Source: a virus
Taxonomy: Duplodnaviria; Caudoviricetes
DNA length: 57,611 bases
Virus record (IMG/VR): IMGVR_UViG_3300033407_000017
Coordinates: 1-57,611 of that record
Strand: one strand, 5' to 3'
The notes below the pieces were generated by a model, which was not told where the DNA came from, made no database searches, and saw nothing but the letters and a program-made list of their open reading frames with translations. The position numbers and the translations under genes are program-made. Numbering within the stretch: position 1 is the first letter of the stretch; each line of letters begins with the position of its first letter. Shown here in pieces: positions 19,910 to 28,914 of this stretch.

Positions 19910-20326
19910 TTAGATGCTCACCTCGATTTCATAAAAGTCGTCACATTGGAACAAGTCATCACCCGTTCTCATAATAGCCCCTCGAGAAACGGACTCTCGC
20001 TTGATGACGCCAAGTCCGCTTGGCACTAGGGGATGTTGGTATCCTGACTTGCCTGCTTCATGACCTACGAAAGCCTCAGCCACCCTGTCTGAAAGTTTTG
20101 ACACTTGGTCTCTTGTTCTACCAACAGACTTTACCTGATATGAGACAGATCCTTGATCATTCGGATCTTCCCAAGAGCCTTCATATGATCTTGGAGACGG
20201 GGAACAATACACAACAACATATGGGAATGATGGATTCTCATTAGGAATCTGGGAGTCTCCAACCGGGCGACTTGTCACGGTTTCAAGGAGAGAGATGATG
20301 GCTGCATCAAGGGGCGCCCTGTTCAC
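19910..20326 (-). CDS. tail terminator
   Basis: PYVVVY, YQVKSVG.TR.Q; position. Confidence 0.75.
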   Translation of the reverse strand: MNRAPLDAAIISLLETVTSRPVGDSQIPNENPSFPYVVVYCSPSPRSYEGSWEDPNDQGSVSYQVKSVGRTRDQVSKLSDRVAEAFVGHEAGKSGYQHPLVPSGLGVIKRESVSRGAIMRTGDDLFQCDDFYEIEVSI

Positions 20327-20736
20327 AACAGCCTCCTGAACAATCTCATTCTAGCAACAAATCTAGGATAGACGATTGCTGCTGCTTTTCTCCAGTGTGG
20401 ATAAGGAGGCTGTTCATAAACCCGACCCAAAGCATCTATTCCAAAGAAACCAAGTTCTAGTCTTGGTCCTTGTGGAGCATCAGACCCAACGACAGCAATA
20501 GAAGTTTCTGGAAGCCTAGTGAATAGAAAGATACGAATAGAATCTCTGTATTGTCCAGTGATGACGTTTGGCCCTGGTCTTCCAGAGGCAAATCTTTTGG
20601 TGAAGTATACGAGTTCAGCGGCAGACTTAAGAACTGCATCCGCTGAATTTCTTTGGGCGTGCTCTTTAATTCTAGGAAAACGATCCAACACTTTCGGAAG
20701 TTCCCCAGACTTTATGATGAACTGAATTTGTTTCAT
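20323..20736 (-). CDS. HK97 gp10-like neck protein
   Basis: SGRPGPNVITGQYRDSI, RLELGF.G.D.LGR.Y.QPPYPHW. Confidence 0.8.
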   Translation of the reverse strand: MKQIQFIIKSGELPKVLDRFPRIKEHAQRNSADAVLKSAAELVYFTKRFASGRPGPNVITGQYRDSIRIFLFTRLPETSIAVVGSDAPQGPRLELGFFGIDALGRVYEQPPYPHWRKAAAIVYPRFVARMRLFRRLL

Positions 20737-21158
20737 ATTGGCCTTCTACCAGTGAATCTTACCACAAGAAGACTTTGTTCTACAGAGAAGGTTGTGACAA
20801 TGATGTCTTTTACTACGAATGTCTTTCCAATATTATTTGGATTTCTGTCTGATGCAAGAATAGTAACGATGTCATCCTTGATAATCTCTCTACTGTCTGC
20901 CGGGATCCCAATCTTGAATCTTGAGGTTGTGGTCTCATCCGCTCCGAACATCCCCTCTTGTGGACTCCATCCTTTCGAGGAGACATAACACTTTCCCTCA
21001 TAAATCTTTACAAAATCGGGGTCTGGCTGTGAAAGTTCAAGGGTGTCCGGATCAATAGTATCGTCAGAAGTTCCTTCCTCGTCCCTCTCAATCTTGCACA
21101 GGTCTGTCATCTGTGCTTCGATGAACTTCTGAATTGGTTGTAAGTTCAACGGACGCAT
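20733..21158 (-). CDS. head-to-tail stopper (DUF6093-like)
   Basis: MTD.C.I.R, IYEGKC, DIVTI. Confidence 0.75.
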   Translation of the reverse strand: MRPLNLQPIQKFIEAQMTDLCKIERDEEGTSDDTIDPDTLELSQPDPDFVKIYEGKCYVSSKGWSPQEGMFGADETTTSRFKIGIPADSREIIKDDIVTILASDRNPNNIGKTFVVKDIIVTTFSVEQSLLVVRFTGRRPI

Positions 21159-21507
21159 CTACAACCTCGATGATCTTTTGAATCACAGCCATCGCCACTG
21201 ATTTATCTTCGCCCCATTGTAGGCTCTCTAGAGCCTCCTGCTCAACCATCTGAGGGTCAAGGTTTTGTAGAAACTGCTTGACGAGCCTTAGCGTGTCTTG
21301 TGGGTCTGGAGGGCCAACGACATACACCACTCCTTCTAGCTCAATTTCACTACTGTTCGGTGTTTGTTCTAGCCATAGTTCAGGAATCTTTCTTGGTTCT
21401 AGAACAAGCCTCACTCCCCTGAGTTTGTGAGAGATATCTTGCCCGTCAACTTCAATTTTTGTTTTGAGACCTTCCTGAGAAATCTTGAAATTTGTGGTTG
21501 TATCCAC
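21088..21507 (-). CDS. hypothetical protein
   Basis: KIEVDGQDIS..LRGV; AAGGAG RBS. Confidence 0.6.
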   Translation of the reverse strand: MDTTTNFKISQEGLKTKIEVDGQDISHKLRGVRLVLEPRKIPELWLEQTPNSSEIELEGVVYVVGPPDPQDTLRLVKQFLQNLDPQMVEQEALESLQWGEDKSVAMAVIQKIIEVVDASVELTTNSEVHRSTDDRPVQD

Positions 21508-21800
21508 TATTCTTCTCCTTGTTCTATCCTGTTAATGGCCGAGATACCTTCTGGGCTGTTGATCCAATCGTAGTATTGCATGGCGAGTAGTTTCTTTAAT
21601 TCATCCGCATCGTCTAAAGTGAAGGTAAGTCCGTTATCTTCTGGGATCTTTTCTGAGTGGTCAATTCTACCGCTTAATACTGCGTCTGGTATTCCCTCAG
21701 GAAATGCTCTGCATGTTTCAATACTCATCATGTCAGACAGATCATTGTCTGGGGAGTAATGAACACATGCCGGGCAGATATATGGAACTCTTCTTGTCAT
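21507..21800 (-). CDS. Cys-rich partner of the MuF protein (candidate immunity protein)
   Basis: C..C.HY...CRAFPEGIPD....G..DH; ATGA-coupled to the MuF gene. Confidence 0.6.
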   Translation of the reverse strand: MTRRVPYICPACVHYSPDNDLSDMMSIETCRAFPEGIPDAVLSGRIDHSEKIPEDNGLTFTLDDADELKKLLAMQYYDWINSPEGISAINRIEQGEE

Positions 21801-24800
21801 CTCGCACCTTCTGGAAGTCTCGCCAGGGCGAGGTCAATTTGTGAGTATGGAATTTGTATAAATCCAACTTCTGGAGCGTCTGATGGATTCCAGTTTCGTT
21901 GTTTCATTCTTGAATTAATCCAGGAATATACAAAATTAGGAATAGACTCGTCTCCGTGTTCTACTGCTACGGCAATTGCCTCTGCGATGAATTCTTTTGT
22001 ATTCTGGGTTGCATATGTGGACATTTGTTTCACAACTTCGCTTACACTCACGAACTTTTTAGAACTAATTTTATATCCGGTTTGTGTTATGTCTTCCACG
22101 GTGAAGTTATTTTGATCCATGAATACTAGAAGGTCTCGAATTAAGTTTTCTTCGTCAACAGCCGACAACGAGTAATGAATTGCGTGGCCCATCTCATGCA
22201 TCAAAATAGATCTGAGAGAAGAAGTGCCAGTGTAACCTGTCTGATAAGATTTCAATAATTCAAGATGCTTTAGTGGCCCCCAATGGATCGCTGTAGTTCT
22301 TGATATCCAAAGGGTTTTTGTACCATGCTCATATGCCGCTATGGACCCGGTCCTTTTAAAGAATTGATAAGCAAGATCTCCTGGAACAGAGATATTTACC
22401 GCAACTGGATGTAGATTTGGAAATTCTTTCTCGAAGTAATTGAGAACTACCCTCACATCTTCGTGTAGAAGAGGAAATCTCTCAATTTCTTCAGAAATAA
22501 TGTGAATTTTTGGATCTGAGAAATCTATGTCCCCAGCTCTCAGCGCTCTTTGGAATGGACCAGATTGAATTCTTTGGTCAACTCTGCTTAGAGTTCCCAC
22601 GTTTACTCCAAAAACATCCTGGGAGACTGGAATAGTTCTAGTTTCACCGAGAAGTTTTGACCTCAGGAGATATTGAAGTTCTTCAATTTTTACGGCAAGC
22701 CAAGATTCTCTGATAGCAAAAACAAAATCTCTGAAAAGTTCTAATGCTTGACGTGGAATATCAGAAATTCTTCTCGCAAGAGATGAAGAAACTTCAATAG
22801 TTCTTTTTTCAAGCCTTTTCAGTAGTTTAGAAAGTTCATCTCTTGTCATCCTTGTCTCTCTTACTTCTGCAAGAGACCAAACGAAGTCCCTATATAGTTC
22901 TGCAATCTCATTTGGAATCTTAGAGACAGAGCTTCCAATAATCTCTGGAAGTTCTGGTATTCTTTGGATTACCCTTCCCAATGCTCCGCGTATTCCATTT
23001 TGTTGGGGCCACATAGTTGATATTTCCCAAACAATGTCCTTGTAAAGTTCAATAACCTCACCCGGCTTAACTGAACGGGTAGGTGCGCCGAATCCCCTCC
23101 CAAAAAGGGCTGAGAACTGATCTTCAAGATTCCCTAGTCTCCTGCCGGTAAGAGATCTGGATGCGAGAGAGATCATTTGATCGTCGATTAAATCTAGATG
23201 GCTCATCACATCTTCGCTGTCAATCTCTAGAGACCTCATGAAGTAAACCATCTCACGAAGTTTTAGTTCTATAGTAGCAGCCCCGTCAGTTGGACGAATG
23301 TCCGCAAGGATGCTCAGCCACTTCCTGTGTGTTTGACCTCCGGGAACAATTCTTCTTGCTTGCCTAGCCTTTCTCTGAAGATCAACAAGTGAACTATCAC
23401 TATGTGTCCTGATGGCTTGGAGCACACCCTTAAAGATGTCTGCCCTGTTGTTGACTGGCTGAAGTTCACTGATCAAACGAGAGTATCTTTTTTCAAATAC
23501 CTCCTGGACCATCTTTGGTTCTAGGAATGGTTTATTGAAAAGAATTCCTTCAGGAATAAGAACTTTTCCACGAATAGAAAGTCCTGGTCTGTGGTTATCC
23601 ATCAAGAAAAGAATAGTTCTTGACTCTACCTCGGACAGAACGTCTCTAAAGTCATTCCACAGTTCAATAGGAATGTCAAAGATGTCTGCGATCTGAAGAT
23701 TTTTCAAACCACGAACAACATCTAGTCCAGAAAGTTTTACAGAAGTAAGAACTTCTTGAAATTTACCACTTTCAAAGTATGCCTTCGTTCTGAGATTAGG
23801 AAGAAGAGATGCAATCCTAGAGTGAAGGCTACTGAATTTAATCTCACCAAAAACTCTCTGAGTGCTACCTTGCAACAGCGTCATCAACTCTGTCAATTGT
23901 TCTTTTGTTGGAATAAATCTGAAATCTCCTGTATATCCGGTAATATCACGTACTGCCTCTGGGAGAAATCCTTCCTTTCTCAGTTTCTTTGCTGCAACAA
24001 GTTTCTCGACCGTTTCTCGAACTTGTGGAATAGGAATCTTAAACTCGGTTGACAATTCATAAATGCTTTTATTGAAAACTCTTGCTTCAAAAGCAATGTC
24101 TTTTAGTTCTAATTGCTTGAAAACCCCGTAGACATCTCTAAATGAGAAATCTTCTAGATTAAACCCGCGTTCCAGGGCAGCCTTTCTCCTGAGGTCAACG
24201 AAGTCTCTTCCGGGAACAAGACCCATGTTTTTCCAGTTTTGGGGTCTAGGTGTTTCAAATCTCATGATGACTTTGAACGGTCCCTTTGGAACAAGTCTTA
24301 CATTTCCAGTAAGTTTTCCAAACTCATCAGTTTCAATAATGGCTCTCAGCATGTGATTTGGAACATAACGAATAGCACCAAGAAGAGTTCCGTCTTGGCT
24401 CAGGGCTAGCATGTTTCTTACATTCCCTGCTGGGCTGAATGTAATTGACTTTCTTACACCGTCTTTGGTGAGCGTAACTCTGCCACGCAAGAACTCAGTA
24501 AGATCAATTCTTGTTCTTGGTCCATATTTCGTCCACGTAAGACTTGCTGCTGATTTCAGCGTATCTGATTGCTTGAGAAGAAGAAATTCATTCCACGCTC
24601 TACGCTTTGAGTGGAAGTTAATGATCTGGGCGCCGGCTTCAAGAGACCTGCTTTGAGTTCTTGACCCATGAACCCAGCGACCGAATGCCAAAAACTTCTT
24701 CGAAACAACACTTTCAGTGTCAGTGTCAAGAATATGAATAGATGATTTTACCCAATCAGGCAACTGTGGAACTGACCATCTCCTATCCATGAATTGATCG

Positions 24801-25972
24801 CCCCACGCCATAACGTCATCTTGCCAATCCCCGAGCCTGCTCCCAACGGGTCCACGAATAGCACTGAATTGACCTTGTGTAATTCCAGGAAACAAAGCCA
24901 ACTGACCCTGACCCACAGCGATTGGCAAATCTTCCGGTGGCGGTGGCGGTGAGTGGAACGGGATGACCCTTCCTCTTTGCCCTGCGGAAACCCGGTCAAG
25001 AAGGCGATTGTAGGCCCTCCGATAGATCAACCCAATACGATCCATCTGTAGAAATCTCACGGCCAAGTCTGGATCAACAATTTCAGTTGTTACCTGGAAC
25101 AATGCACGAGTTGCCCCCACGGCTGCGGCTGCACCCAACAGGGCTGATGCCTGTTGTGCCTTGGAGAGTCCTTTCCTATCTTTTTCTGGCTTTCCGGTTA
25201 AGTCTGGGCGAGCAATGAAACTTCTTTGGCAATTTGGATGAGCCAGCGGGTAAGATCTCGCCTCTGAGATTGTAACGATCTTTCCATCTGCGATGTCTGG
25301 GTCATCATGGCCTGTCCATCCGCACCCAGGTCCATCAGAGACCTCAACATATTCTAATTTTCTCTTTTTCGCAGCGTCTAGCGCACCAAGGTTGAATGCG
25401 CGTTGATATGAAGATCTTGTCTGCATCTTTCCATAGTCGCCAACCTTATATCTTCTTCCACGAGACACCTTCTCGAGCGGCCTACCCCCAAACGGACGCT
25501 TGTCTTTGAACTCAACTGCTTTGATCCCAAGAGATCGATCAAAACCAAAGTCAATTGATTCATCTACGATACTGGCGGTTGGTCTATTCCTCATCTCTCT
25601 GAAAAATCTAGAGGAGTCTCTTTTCGTGAATTCATGCATCTGAAGAACATTCGACCTATATTCTTCAGAAATCTTGGCAAGAGATTCTAGTTGACGTCTC
25701 GTAGGTTTCACAACTGAATCTGCACCAAGCATTGTTCTTGAACCGTCTACATAGGCGCTCAAGAGGCCTTGATGAGACCATGTAACAGCATGGTCTCGCA
25801 AGGCATCCATCTCTCTTTGAATTCTTCTCTGAGGACTATAGATTCTTGAGCGACTGCCGGTCTTGAGATATGAGATCCTGTTTAGCGCAATGAATTGTTC
25901 ATTTCTAATATAGTCAGAGATTTCTTCAAAATGACTAATGATTTCATCAGGGTCTACGAAATAGGTTGCCAT
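21797..25972 (-). CDS. MuF-like minor head protein with long extension and C-terminal zincin-like domain
   Basis: VSDGPGCGW..HDDPD.ADG, PLAHPNC.RSF; HEMGH ... STYATQN.KEFIAEA. Confidence 0.75.
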   Translation of the reverse strand: MATYFVDPDEIISHFEEISDYIRNEQFIALNRISYLKTGSRSRIYSPQRRIQREMDALRDHAVTWSHQGLLSAYVDGSRTMLGADSVVKPTRRQLESLAKISEEYRSNVLQMHEFTKRDSSRFFREMRNRPTASIVDESIDFGFDRSLGIKAVEFKDKRPFGGRPLEKVSRGRRYKVGDYGKMQTRSSYQRAFNLGALDAAKKRKLEYVEVSDGPGCGWTGHDDPDIADGKIVTISEARSYPLAHPNCQRSFIARPDLTGKPEKDRKGLSKAQQASALLGAAAAVGATRALFQVTTEIVDPDLAVRFLQMDRIGLIYRRAYNRLLDRVSAGQRGRVIPFHSPPPPPEDLPIAVGQGQLALFPGITQGQFSAIRGPVGSRLGDWQDDVMAWGDQFMDRRWSVPQLPDWVKSSIHILDTDTESVVSKKFLAFGRWVHGSRTQSRSLEAGAQIINFHSKRRAWNEFLLLKQSDTLKSAASLTWTKYGPRTRIDLTEFLRGRVTLTKDGVRKSITFSPAGNVRNMLALSQDGTLLGAIRYVPNHMLRAIIETDEFGKLTGNVRLVPKGPFKVIMRFETPRPQNWKNMGLVPGRDFVDLRRKAALERGFNLEDFSFRDVYGVFKQLELKDIAFEARVFNKSIYELSTEFKIPIPQVRETVEKLVAAKKLRKEGFLPEAVRDITGYTGDFRFIPTKEQLTELMTLLQGSTQRVFGEIKFSSLHSRIASLLPNLRTKAYFESGKFQEVLTSVKLSGLDVVRGLKNLQIADIFDIPIELWNDFRDVLSEVESRTILFLMDNHRPGLSIRGKVLIPEGILFNKPFLEPKMVQEVFEKRYSRLISELQPVNNRADIFKGVLQAIRTHSDSSLVDLQRKARQARRIVPGGQTHRKWLSILADIRPTDGAATIELKLREMVYFMRSLEIDSEDVMSHLDLIDDQMISLASRSLTGRRLGNLEDQFSALFGRGFGAPTRSVKPGEVIELYKDIVWEISTMWPQQNGIRGALGRVIQRIPELPEIIGSSVSKIPNEIAELYRDFVWSLAEVRETRMTRDELSKLLKRLEKRTIEVSSSLARRISDIPRQALELFRDFVFAIRESWLAVKIEELQYLLRSKLLGETRTIPVSQDVFGVNVGTLSRVDQRIQSGPFQRALRAGDIDFSDPKIHIISEEIERFPLLHEDVRVVLNYFEKEFPNLHPVAVNISVPGDLAYQFFKRTGSIAAYEHGTKTLWISRTTAIHWGPLKHLELLKSYQTGYTGTSSLRSILMHEMGHAIHYSLSAVDEENLIRDLLVFMDQNNFTVEDITQTGYKISSKKFVSVSEVVKQMSTYATQNTKEFIAEAIAVAVEHGDESIPNFVYSWINSRMKQRNWNPSDAPEVGFIQIPYSQIDLALARLPEGAR

Positions 25973-25975
25973 TCA

Positions 25976-26314
25976 CTATCTCGTTTGCTTCCTAATCAAC
26001 TTCGTGACTGCTGCCTTACCACTCCCCTTGGACGCCTCGAACTTCTCAAGGTTTTCACGAAGCGTTACGATATTTTGGACATTGGAATAGGAGATTCCTT
26101 CTGCTGACGCTGAAGACGGCTGATCCAACGTCATTACGGCCAATTGAGCCCGCAGGCTTTCTTCAATTGCAGAATTTAGTGCTTCAATCCTATCTGCAAG
26201 AAGAAGAAAATGACGATCAAACCTCTCGTCAAAAACCTCTTGGTCTTCAGACTCTCCAATCCAAGATCTCGCGATGATAAGTTCATCATCGGTTGTCGGC
26301 ATCGGGCTCTCCAA
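25976..26314 (-). CDS. head-to-tail adaptor-like protein
   Basis: RSWIG, PSS...EGISYSN..N; position; start may be 26302. Confidence 0.55.
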   Translation of the reverse strand: MESPMPTTDDELIIARSWIGESEDQEVFDERFDRHFLLLADRIEALNSAIEESLRAQLAVMTLDQPSSASAEGISYSNVQNIVTLRENLEKFEASKGSGKAAVTKLIRKQTR

Positions 26315-26603
26315 GTTCTAGAAGTGCTTTGACAAGATGTTCTTTCCTGTTTGACGAAGGATTGGCACCACGCTGAGAGCACAAACGTACTAGCTCTGGA
26401 ACCTTCATTGCGTTATAGAATTCTTCAAGGTTCATTGATCCAACTAGACCAATTTCTTCAGAATGTTTTACTTCTTTCACAAATGCATGTTCGCCGATGA
26501 TATGTTCATACTCCTCAGGAACTTCTTGACCTTTCACCAGGGTGATATTATTTGATTCTCCGGGAGGAACGAATACTACCGTCTTAGCAAGAACCTTGCT
26601 CAT
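26286..26603 (-). CDS. virion-associated protein with C-terminal SAP/HeH-like motif
   Basis: MKVPELVRLCSQRG.....RKEHLVKALLE. Confidence 0.55.
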   Translation of the reverse strand: MSKVLAKTVVFVPPGESNNITLVKGQEVPEEYEHIIGEHAFVKEVKHSEEIGLVGSMNLEEFYNAMKVPELVRLCSQRGANPSSNRKEHLVKALLELGEPDADNR

Positions 26604-26610
26604 ACTTCAC

Positions 26611-26952
26611 CTACTCAAGTTCAAGAGGACCAACGTATCTGACAACTGACTGAGACCCCTTAACTATTCTGATCCAAACAGCATATTCACCAACTGCTAG
26701 CTCTTTAGTTCCCCCTACGCCAGTTCCGCTGACGAGAAGACTTGCAACAGGGGCTTGAACGAATCTCTTATTGACTTCAGTTGTAAATGGACCCCCGGAC
26801 ACCCATGCACCATTCACCCACGAAGCCCCGTCTGGCTGGGTGTCTCTGTCTGCCGTGAAATCAAACTGAACCACGCTCGTGTCAGAGAGGTCTTCAACGA
26901 GAGACCATGCAGCAACAAGAAGTAATTCTTTTGTTGAACTAGGGAGTTTCAC
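26611..26952 (-). CDS. Ig-like structural protein
   Basis: W..GAW, L..GEYAVWIRI. Confidence 0.6.
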   Translation of the reverse strand: MKLPSSTKELLLVAAWSLVEDLSDTSVVQFDFTADRDTQPDGASWVNGAWVSGGPFTTEVNKRFVQAPVASLLVSGTGVGGTKELAVGEYAVWIRIVKGSQSVVRYVGPLELE

Positions 26953-27148
26953 CTAGCCTCCTGAGGAATGAAAATCCAATTTCTACTGGATTAGAAACTT
27001 GCCTAGGCTCGACCATTTGAAAATATGCATATTCGGCTCTCGGAGCAAATTCAAATGGAGAAACAATTAAAGTCTCAAGAAGTAATTCTTCTCCATCTTC
27101 AAGAAGAATTGGTGTTCCGTCTTCAAGATCAATTGAAAACCCGGTCAT
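26939..27148 (-). CDS. small structural protein
   Basis: LEDG..ILLEDG..LLLE motif. Confidence 0.5.
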   Translation of the reverse strand: MTGFSIDLEDGTPILLEDGEELLLETLIVSPFEFAPRAEYAYFQMVEPRQVSNPVEIGFSFLRRLGETP

Positions 27149-27206
27149 GACACAACCATAACAGCCTTAACCCCCTGACACATTGGGTCGGGAATATTAC
27201 TTGTTG

Positions 27207-27284
27207 CTAGACGCGACGAATCATGTAGACGATCGCAAGGATTACTAGAACAACTACCAGCACGGTTAGGATTGACGCATCCAT
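27207..27284 (-). CDS. 25-aa single-pass membrane peptide (not in ORF track)
   Basis: MDASILTVLVVVLVILAIVYMIRRV with AAGGGGGA RBS. Confidence 0.6.
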   Translation of the reverse strand: MDASILTVLVVVLVILAIVYMIRRV

Positions 27285-27294
27285 TGATCCCCCT

Positions 27295-27768
27295 TCATTC
27301 TAGGGCAGCGGCGTCACGATCAGCTACGATCTTTTGCGCCTCCGCCAACTTCGTCTGCTTATTTCTTTCGTCTAGCTCATGTTCTAACTTTCTAATAGTT
27401 TGCTTGGTGAATTCTATTATCTTAATCGCGTCTGGAGGCACGTCGTTACCAAGACGTTCCAGTAGCCGAACGTTGATCTTGAGTTGCGCGAGTTCACGAC
27501 GAGATGCATCAAGTTCACCCTGACGAGCTTCAGTCATGTTGCTGTTGACGAGCGTATGGATCTGGTCGAGTTTAGAATCGGAAAGTGCGGCGATCCTGGT
27601 TGCCTCCCTTACCTGATCCTCGAGCCGCTGGGCGACGAGATCCTCACGCTTCCAGTCTAACTCCTTCTCGCGTCGACGTGCCTCATTCGTGAATCGTGCA
27701 ACAATTAGCGGAGAGGTGATAGACACGAATAAGGCGGTAAATAATGCGAACATAATCTCTATGCTCAC
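27295..27768 (-). CDS. membrane-anchored coiled-coil protein
   Basis: N-terminal TM; KLDQIHTLVNSNMT motif. Confidence 0.65.
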   Translation of the reverse strand: MSIEIMFALFTALFVSITSPLIVARFTNEARRREKELDWKREDLVAQRLEDQVREATRIAALSDSKLDQIHTLVNSNMTEARQGELDASRRELAQLKINVRLLERLGNDVPPDAIKIIEFTKQTIRKLEHELDERNKQTKLAEAQKIVADRDAAALE

Positions 27769-27799
27769 TGGACTTCCTCTCCTTCAACTTCTTCAACAA

Positions 27800-28510
27800 T
27801 CATGATATTACTTCTACTGTGTTAAGACCCGCCACATTGGGCTTAGGGTAGTTGGATGATCCTGGCTCAACGAACACCGCTGCTGCGCGATCCGCACCCT
27901 TACATCGTACCAAGCCTCCGCTGACGCTCGACCAGTTCGCAGATCCATTGCCGGTCGGACCGTCCATGCGATAACGAAGCCCGTACTGACCCGCTTTGAG
28001 ATTCTCAATTCGTGGTTCACGAGTATTGATTCTTCCGCGATGGTCGATCGCCGCGCATCCGCTGGCCTTGAGGCCGTGGTCGCGGACCAGCACGCCGTTC
28101 AGGTTGATGTCGCGCACAAGGCCCGAGTCGTTCTTGATGTCGATGCCGTCGCGACCGCAGCCGATGATGTCTGCGAAGTTGATCTCGATGTAGCGGAACA
28201 TGTCAACACCCTGGAATCCAATGCCGTATGAAGCAGAGTCAAATATCTTGGCGCGATTGATGATGCCCTTCGTTGCGCCTTGAAGTCGAATACCGTGGTT
28301 GCCGACTCCGCCGCGATGCAGGTTTCCCCGGATGTCGGGGTCATCGATGCGGAAGCATGTGGCGAATGGCTCTAATACTAGGGCGGTGACTGCGGCGCCA
28401 TCGGGGACGACAATACGCGCACCAGGCTCGAAGTATAGATGCGTGTAAGATCCGATCCGCATCGGTGGGTGGTCGCCTGGCGGCAGGCTAATGATCGTGA
28501 TGGTACTCAT
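27800..28510 (-). CDS. pectate-lyase-like beta-helix protein
   Basis: Repeating HGIRL, YGIGF, DGIDIK, YGLRY rungs. Confidence 0.65.
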   Translation of the reverse strand: MSTITIISLPPGDHPPMRIGSYTHLYFEPGARIVVPDGAAVTALVLEPFATCFRIDDPDIRGNLHRGGVGNHGIRLQGATKGIINRAKIFDSASYGIGFQGVDMFRYIEINFADIIGCGRDGIDIKNDSGLVRDINLNGVLVRDHGLKASGCAAIDHRGRINTREPRIENLKAGQYGLRYRMDGPTGNGSANWSSVSGGLVRCKGADRAAAVFVEPGSSNYPKPNVAGLNTVEVIS

Positions 28511-28908
28511 GTTCCACTCGTGCTGTCAAGCGCCTCGATAGCCAAACGAAGCAGCGCAGTAACCTCTCGCGTCAACAGCCGAACCTGGTCTCGTACTTGC
28601 GCTGCGGTCGGGTCGGATATCTCCAGATATATCTGGTTGGCTGCGATCGCCGCACTAGCACGCTGGAGAAGCGTCCGCCTGTTGTCGTGGGCGGTCGGTG
28701 TGTTCGTGGGGGTGTGCGCCGCGACAGCCGCCCGCCAGGCTGCGAGTTCCGCGGCGCTGGGTGCGCGGTTGCCTGCGAGGTACACAGCCACGTATCTGCC
28801 GTCGGGCTTCTCAACCTCGCCGATGGTGTCGGCGTCGGCGAAGTGCGCCTGGGTCAGCGCCACAATCTCGTCGAGCCGGTACGGTGTGGGAAGGCGTGAT
28901 TCATGCAT
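28507..28908 (-). CDS. fibre-associated protein
   Basis: YL.I..PT.AQV..QV.LLTR motif; follows the fibre gene. Confidence 0.5.
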   Translation of the reverse strand: MHESRLPTPYRLDEIVALTQAHFADADTIGEVEKPDGRYVAVYLAGNRAPSAAELAAWRAAVAAHTPTNTPTAHDNRRTLLQRASAAIAANQIYLEISDPTAAQVRDQVRLLTREVTALLRLAIEALDSTSGT

Positions 28909-28914
28909 TGTGAC

